Assembly: GCA_947451425.1 (NCBI GenBank)
Contig: CANGAC010000001.1
Location: 482 to 64,481 of the forward strand
Direction of reading: 5' to 3'
Length of the DNA: 64,000 nt
From: Bacteriovoracaceae bacterium
Lineage (GTDB): Bacteria > Bdellovibrionota > Bacteriovoracia > Bacteriovoracales > Bacteriovoracaceae
The notes under the pieces were generated by a model. The model saw only the letters and a list, made by a program, of their open reading frames with translations. It did no database searches and was not told where the DNA came from. A program made the translations under genes and the position numbers. This document shows, one piece after another, positions 59,401 to 64,000 of this stretch (position 1 is its first letter; each line of letters begins with the position of its first letter).

Positions 59401-62400
59401 CGAGGTTGGTGAGAAGGCGAGAATCTTTGCCGCCAGCGGATTCCCCTCACAGCGGATGATGCTTGAGACATTTAAAAACGGAAAATCATTTGCTCAGAAA
59501 GTTCTCCGTATGGGGAAAGATGCGACCCTCATAGAAATTCCCGTTACCGAGTCTGATCGGGGAGGAATAAGTTTCACTCTTTCACTCGTGAACGATTATC
59601 AGGACGTCCGGTTCACGGAGAATCTCATGGTTCCGTGGAGTAACAAGTTGGTGGATGTAGAGTTTTCCACCTTCCGCGACAAGATCCGGCCCGCAGGCAA
59701 AGAAACCTGGGCAATCACTCTGAAAGGTAAGAATGGCCGGAAAATCGAACCGGAAACCTTCGAGCTTCTCGCCTATATGTACGACAAGAGCCTCGAGAGT
59801 TTTGGCCCTCACCAGCCACCCATACCAGTGGGGATTTTTCCTTCTACAACCGGAGCGAACTTCGCGGACTCTGAGCTTGGCGCGGGAACTCTGATCTATA
59901 CGAATCACTCTTATTTTCCTTATCAGCATGAGTACACAGGTTTTGTTTCCGACAGCGTGATCTATTATCCGCGCTATGGAATCGGCGGGCCGGGAAGAAG
60001 AAGTCGCGGCGACGGTATTGGCAGTGGAGGCATGATGATGAAGGCCAAGGGCAGTGCCGTCATGGAAGATGCTGCTTTTTCTTCGATGGCGGAAGGGGCC
60101 ATGGACATGGCTTCACCAAGTGCCGCTGCACCTAGGGAATTGGCCAAAAAAGCCAGCCTCTCAAATGAATCGAAGCAGGCCGAACCGGCACCTGCAGCCG
60201 TTGAAATGCGGACGAATTTCTCGGAAACGGCTTTCTGGAAGCCGCATCTCGTCCCCGGAAAAAACGGCACTGTGACTCTTGAATTTACTGTTCCTGACTC
60301 TGTGACCACCTGGCAAGTCTGGGCCCACGCCATTTCGAGGGACCTTCAGAGTGGGAGCACGGTCAAAGAAACAAAAACTATTAAAGAGCTTCTGGTGCGA
60401 CCTTATCTTCCGCGGTTCTTCCGCGAAGGTGATGAAGCAGAACTTCGCATCGTGATCAGTAACTCTTCTGAAAAGATCCTTGAAGGGAAAGCGACTTTTG
60501 AAATTCTGGATGATGAAGGGAAAAAATCTCTAAACAAAGAATTCGCATTGTCTGACGAGGAGCTGTCTTTTTCGGTGAAGCCTGGAAGCAGTACGAATGT
60601 CTCCGTGAAAGTGAAAGTTCCCGCAGGTCCCAAAGGAATTACGATCAAGGCGATTGCCCGTTCTGGAAATATTTCAGACGGAGAAATCAGACCCATTCCG
60701 GTCCTTCCGGGAAGAATGCATCTGGCCGAGTCGAAGTTTGTGACTTTAATCAACAAAGATTCTGCTGAACTGAGTTTCCCGGGATTAAAGAATCCGAGTG
60801 ATCCGACTCTTATCAATGATCTGTTTGTGGTAACCGTCGATGCGCAACTTTTCTATTCGGTACTCACTTCACTTCCTTATCTCGTGAATTATCCGTATCA
60901 GTGCACCGAACAGATGATGAATAGTTTTGTTTCAAGCGGCATTATCACGTCAGTCTTTGATCAGTTCCCGGAAGTTGCAAAGATGGCGAAAGATCTTTCT
61001 GCACGGAAAACCAGGCTTGAAAGCTGGAATGATAATGATCCGAATCGGAAGCTTGCTCTGGAAGAATCTCCCTGGCTCAATCTCGCGCGCGGTAATGATA
61101 CTAATGAAGATACGGAACTCATTAACGTCCTCCATCCGGACATTGCGAAGAACACGAGGAATAAATACCTCCAGCTACTTCAGAATTCCCAAACGGGAAG
61201 CGGTGGATTTCCGTGGTTTCCGGGCGGGCCCCCATCTCCCTGGGTGACAACTTATCTTCTTTACGGATTTTCCAAGGCGATTGAGTTCAAAGTGGATGTG
61301 CCGAAGCCGATGATCGTTAAAGCGTGGCAGTATCTTCATCAGCATTATGTGAATGAGATCGTAGGAGAGCTCATGGCCCATGATGTGGGATGGGAAATTG
61401 TGACATTCCTGAATTACGTCATCTCAAATTACCCGGACGCTAGCTGGACCGGGAATGTGTTCACGGAGAGTGAAAAGAAAACCATGCTCGACTTCAGCAT
61501 GAAGCACTGGAAAGAGCATTCTCCTTATCTCAAGTCATACCTCTCCCTCACTCTTCACCGGGCTAAACGCACGAAAGATGCTGTTCTCGTCTGGGAATCA
61601 GTGATGGACTCTGCGAAAACATCTAAAGACGAAGGAACGCACTGGGCGCAGGAAGACCGCTCATGGCTTTGGTACAACGATACGATTGAAACGCATGCTC
61701 TGGCCCTTCGTACCGGATCGGAGCTGGGAACAAAAAGAGAAAGTCTTGATGGCATGGTCCACTGGTTGTTCCTTAATAAGAAGCTGAATCATTGGAAATC
61801 TACCCGTGCAACTTCCGAGGTCATTTACTCGCTCACTCAGTATCTTAAGAAAACCAAGCAGCTTGGCATTCACGAGAAAGTTTCTGTTTCCATGAATGGC
61901 GAGACGACAAATTTTGATTTTGATCCGGGTAAGTATACCGGGAAGAAAAATCAGATTGTTGTTAATGGCGAGAAGGTTTCATCAAAACTCGTTCCTGTTA
62001 CAGTGAGTAAATCAACTGACGGTCTCGCCTTCGCTTCGGCCACCTGGCATTATTCTACGGAAAAATTACCGAAAGATGCCGTAGGAGATTTCTTCAAAGT
62101 TTCCCGGAAATATTTCAAAAGAGTGGGCGAGAAGTCGGGCATGAAACTCATTCCGCTGGGTGATGATGATAAAGTGGAAGTTGGGGATGAGGTAGAAGTT
62201 CAGATTTCTCTTTCATCAAAACATGCGGCCGAGTATGTCCACCTGAGAGACCCCAGAGCGGCAGGGTTTGAACCAGTCGATCCGGTTTCTCAGCATAAGT
62301 ACGATCTCGGAATTTACTGGTACGAAGAGATCCGGGATAGCGGGACGAATTTCTTCTTCGAAAGTCTCCCTCACGGGCAATACACTTTCCGCTACCGGAT

Positions 62401-62518
62401 CCGCGCTGCGATTGCCGGGAAATTCCGGGCAGGACCGGCCACTATCCAGCCTCTTTACGCTCCGGAATTCGTTGGCTTCTCTGAAGGCCACGAAATCTCG
62501 ATTAAACAGCAGAAATAA
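56495..62518 (+). CDS. Bacterial alpha-2-macroglobulin family protein
   Basis: MG2 'TDRSIYRP', 'R.NF.ETAFW', thioester 'YPYQCTEQ', C-terminal 'Q..YAPEF'. Confidence 0.95.
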   Translation: MKKILKSLLGLALVFLFISLSPSMASKPTAKEEVDALINEQKYSEALKKVQANIEELKSGKKDREWARLIVQEAMLKIGLHGYETSVKELRAREWPAEAVAHAMVSIAYSRSLQLYHQAYSWEIRKREKMSGQKEFNLKTLTSEEIYQEAYAGFEKAWKIRDELGSVKKDALPEIISPNNYPSEVRGTLRDTLSYLIAGFLADTSGWSPEDSGRTYTLDAGALLEKEAKFPISDPKFHPVQKIAYILRDLESWHSNKGERQAALEAKLELIRVLSTQLTSVSAKKKIQSTLESLAKKQMTNPWVSMVFATLGEILRSDGQEKIALGWATKGAQAFATSPGAARCRDLIHEIERPALSIEGMNIDGHGKQSVGLNYKNLKKVYFRSHKIDFRNFIRTTKDYSLRPGWRELEPFLKEVPTYKWDNSLLETTDYKQHVSYVTPPAHKPGLYAIMVSNEESFSSGVIMGIEMFVSDYVFQVSRNYEKQEFTVQVLSGAKGEPIKDAVVSLYSADYRNGHKLLTDEKTNTDGKARFIARSIINTSNSFFFVVEKDGQVIGSKGPDSMYAQGTDNSTTSESFIYTDRSIYRPEQKILWKIVAYRGSRSEKEFKVDAAQVVTVELLDANYEVVQKATVKTNKFGSASGEFLVPKGKLLGNWTMRSTHGGGTSIKIEEYKRPTFLVEFDEKGGDFRLNKDAVVKGKAKYYFGMPVTGGNARWTVKRQAILPWWCFWGRWNWGNVQNSEVIAAGSSPIKDDGSFEIKFRPVANEDVEDVKGINYNYQVKADVTDEGGETRSTELSNTIGFSAVTASFLMNENFFLAGKKAELIVTRTDLSGRPLAGKGTWKLVKLQLPKTTVPPSELPAPKELTNIKGDKLVFPDDLKKSRWSPDYRPEFAIREWKSGEEVTKGSLSHGENGKGNVSLPALKEGAYRLVYETKDSFNTPFEGQKDFLVVGDKTIFPLPGLFLLERSSVEVGEKARIFAASGFPSQRMMLETFKNGKSFAQKVLRMGKDATLIEIPVTESDRGGISFTLSLVNDYQDVRFTENLMVPWSNKLVDVEFSTFRDKIRPAGKETWAITLKGKNGRKIEPETFELLAYMYDKSLESFGPHQPPIPVGIFPSTTGANFADSELGAGTLIYTNHSYFPYQHEYTGFVSDSVIYYPRYGIGGPGRRSRGDGIGSGGMMMKAKGSAVMEDAAFSSMAEGAMDMASPSAAAPRELAKKASLSNESKQAEPAPAAVEMRTNFSETAFWKPHLVPGKNGTVTLEFTVPDSVTTWQVWAHAISRDLQSGSTVKETKTIKELLVRPYLPRFFREGDEAELRIVISNSSEKILEGKATFEILDDEGKKSLNKEFALSDEELSFSVKPGSSTNVSVKVKVPAGPKGITIKAIARSGNISDGEIRPIPVLPGRMHLAESKFVTLINKDSAELSFPGLKNPSDPTLINDLFVVTVDAQLFYSVLTSLPYLVNYPYQCTEQMMNSFVSSGIITSVFDQFPEVAKMAKDLSARKTRLESWNDNDPNRKLALEESPWLNLARGNDTNEDTELINVLHPDIAKNTRNKYLQLLQNSQTGSGGFPWFPGGPPSPWVTTYLLYGFSKAIEFKVDVPKPMIVKAWQYLHQHYVNEIVGELMAHDVGWEIVTFLNYVISNYPDASWTGNVFTESEKKTMLDFSMKHWKEHSPYLKSYLSLTLHRAKRTKDAVLVWESVMDSAKTSKDEGTHWAQEDRSWLWYNDTIETHALALRTGSELGTKRESLDGMVHWLFLNKKLNHWKSTRATSEVIYSLTQYLKKTKQLGIHEKVSVSMNGETTNFDFDPGKYTGKKNQIVVNGEKVSSKLVPVTVSKSTDGLAFASATWHYSTEKLPKDAVGDFFKVSRKYFKRVGEKSGMKLIPLGDDDKVEVGDEVEVQISLSSKHAAEYVHLRDPRAAGFEPVDPVSQHKYDLGIYWYEEIRDSGTNFFFESLPHGQYTFRYRIRAAIAGKFRAGPATIQPLYAPEFVGFSEGHEISIKQQK

Positions 62519-62589
62519 CGGTTTCGGGGGACATGGAATTATTACCATGTTCCCCATCCTTACCCGGACCTGGCGTAGGATCATCTCCT

Positions 62590-63261
62590 ATGAGACGGAT
62601 CCTTTTTATCATCATATTTCTCCTGCCTGCTATGGCTTCGGCTGTTCCGATGAAACTTACCGATCTCGTCGAAGTCTGCACGATTCCTCTTCCGGTTTTC
62701 CAACGCCAGAGAATGAACCAACTTCTCCTGGGAACGAAGCATATCTATATCCGCGTAAATGGAAAAACTTTCGGAACTCCCTTCACAGCAAAGCACACTT
62801 ATTTCGGGGGTGATGCCTATCTTTATTCAGAAGATATCTACGCCAGAGATGAAGAAAATCTGAAGCAGGAAAAGTGCTTTAAAGTTCTTCATCCGGAAAC
62901 GATGAATGGAAATGAGTTCGCAAAGAAAGTGGAATGCATATCCGAGAAGATGACGAATCCCTTGAAGAGTTCACACTCTGATCTTACGCGCAGCTGGTAC
63001 CCCGTTTTTGATTACCACGGACTCAATAACAATTGCGGTTCCATGGCAGACTACCTCGTGAGCTGTGGCGGTGGTCAGGTCAGAAAGCTCATCAATTATT
63101 CTGTGGGAAACAAGGTTCCCCTGTCGAAAAAAGCTAAAATTGTCACGATGGGAGAAGAAGAGAAAGTGGATGTTTCCAGCTACGGGGAAATTTGCGAGAA
63201 GGCGCTTCTGGAATGCGAAGAACCTTCTGCGGAAAGTTTAGTTGTCGATGTTGTGGAGTGA
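62590..63261 (+). CDS. Exported protein, possible permuted papain-like thiol hydrolase
   Basis: Signal from ATG 62590; His in 'KHIYI' precedes Cys in 'YHGLNNNCGS'. Confidence 0.5.
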   Translation: MRRILFIIIFLLPAMASAVPMKLTDLVEVCTIPLPVFQRQRMNQLLLGTKHIYIRVNGKTFGTPFTAKHTYFGGDAYLYSEDIYARDEENLKQEKCFKVLHPETMNGNEFAKKVECISEKMTNPLKSSHSDLTRSWYPVFDYHGLNNNCGSMADYLVSCGGGQVRKLINYSVGNKVPLSKKAKIVTMGEEEKVDVSSYGEICEKALLECEEPSAESLVVDVVE

Positions 63262-63546
63262 TTGACCATCGAGAGATTCATTCAGGTTATCAATTGAATA
63301 CTCTACAGCCTGCTCACCATAATTAATTTTACGATTGGCCTCAGCAAATTGTGAATGCTTCACAAGCTCAGCAACTTTTTTGAAGAGCTCTGAACTCGAA
63401 TCAAAAAATTCTGCTTCCTCATCAGCACTCACGACACTCGTCAGAAGTGCGGTGATATTTTTAATCAGGCGGACCTGAGTAGGATTCATCTCCTCAACGT
63501 TGAGTTTAATGAGAAGTTCCTGCTCTTTTTTACCTAAGTGATGCAT
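63238..63546 (-). CDS. Helical hypothetical protein (102 aa)
   Basis: AGGAG RBS; sigma28-like promoter upstream. Confidence 0.65.
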   Translation of the reverse strand: MHHLGKKEQELLIKLNVEEMNPTQVRLIKNITALLTSVVSADEEAEFFDSSSELFKKVAELVKHSQFAEANRKINYGEQAVEYSIDNLNESLDGQSLHNIDN

Positions 63547-63579
63547 GCTGATGCTCCTGTGATTTCTCTCACCCCTTAT

Positions 63580-63606
63580 TTATCGGGCCTTTTCTCTTAA
63601 AATTTA
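63580..63606 (-). promoter_or_regulatory. sigma28-like promoter
   Basis: TAAA-N15-CCCGATAA, one mismatch to the FliA consensus. Confidence 0.7.
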
Positions 63607-63643
63607 GCTATTTATGCTGGACTAAAACTTTCCAGCTTTAAGC

Positions 63644-63672
63644 TTTACAAAGGGGTGGGAGAGGCGTATAAA
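63644..63672 (+). promoter_or_regulatory. sigma70 promoter of the tRNA gene
   Basis: TTTACA-N17-TATAAA. Confidence 0.6.
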
Positions 63673-63706
63673 TGCCTTAATTTAAAAGAGTTTCTCTCTT
63701 TTCAGG

Positions 63707-63783
<77 letters not shown>

Positions 63784-63814
63784 AATTCACAACGGCGCAA
63801 GCCTATAAATATTT

Positions 63815-63838
63815 AGGACTCTTTGGAGTCCTTTTTTT
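63815..63838 (+). terminator. Intrinsic terminator after tRNA
   Basis: AGGACTC-tttg-GAGTCCT plus T-tract. Confidence 0.85.
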
Positions 63839-64000
63839 ATTGGTTCGAGGAAATCCTCTCGTTTTTTCGTCATGAGCGGGGATTTGGCGGGGTAGAGCTC
63901 TTCTAGAGAAACAAGGTCACTCATCCGACAATACTCTCATTCGTCGGAACACTGCTGTCTGTAAGAAAAGCTGAAGATTTGCCGCCATATGCGAGCTTGA

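Noticed and set aside
63784-64000. tRNA-anchored integrative element
   Set aside because: A terminator follows the tRNA; no integrase or duplicated tRNA 3' end is visible, and the window ends too soon to judge further

Overview
A 64-kb bacterial chromosomal segment. Gene content and protein style suggest a predatory Bdellovibrionota member (Bacteriovorax/Peredibacter-like); this is inference, not a database result. From left to right it holds: the end of a surface-polysaccharide/LPS region (acyltransferase, DegT aminotransferase, priming sugar transferase, O-antigen ligase, ugd) interrupted by a BrnT/BrnA-like TA pair and secreted orphans; a clearly AT-rich ~5.6-kb island (9.4-15.0 kb); a RoxA/MauG-like dihaem cytochrome; a second TA pair; M14 peptidase; BON-cbpA-cbpM; a pilin-like-leader TPR/Sel1 protein; SRAP; glycosyltransferases; folA; galE-queC; tandem fatty-acid-hydroxylase paralogs; selD-selU; a SWIM-SNF2 helicase; trmB-dnaG-rpoD; flagellin; S2P-scpA-scpB-rluB; a thioester alpha-2-macroglobulin; and tRNA-fMet. 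The best candidate for an undescribed system is the AT-rich island. It couples a stand-alone receiver, an orphan LivK-type binding protein and a histidine kinase to a small-molecule methyltransferase, an EamA exporter and a 2OG-Fe(II) hydroxylase, a make/export/sense layout resembling an autoinducer circuit. Other notable items: an unannotated 58-aa ORF resembling the FliG-binding FliF C-terminus in a putative sigma28 operon, a toxin whose predicted leaderless start is GTT, the rpoD terminator encoding the next gene's signal peptide, and recurring -10+6nt+ATG leaderless starts. No CRISPR array, rRNA, integrase or transposase was seen.
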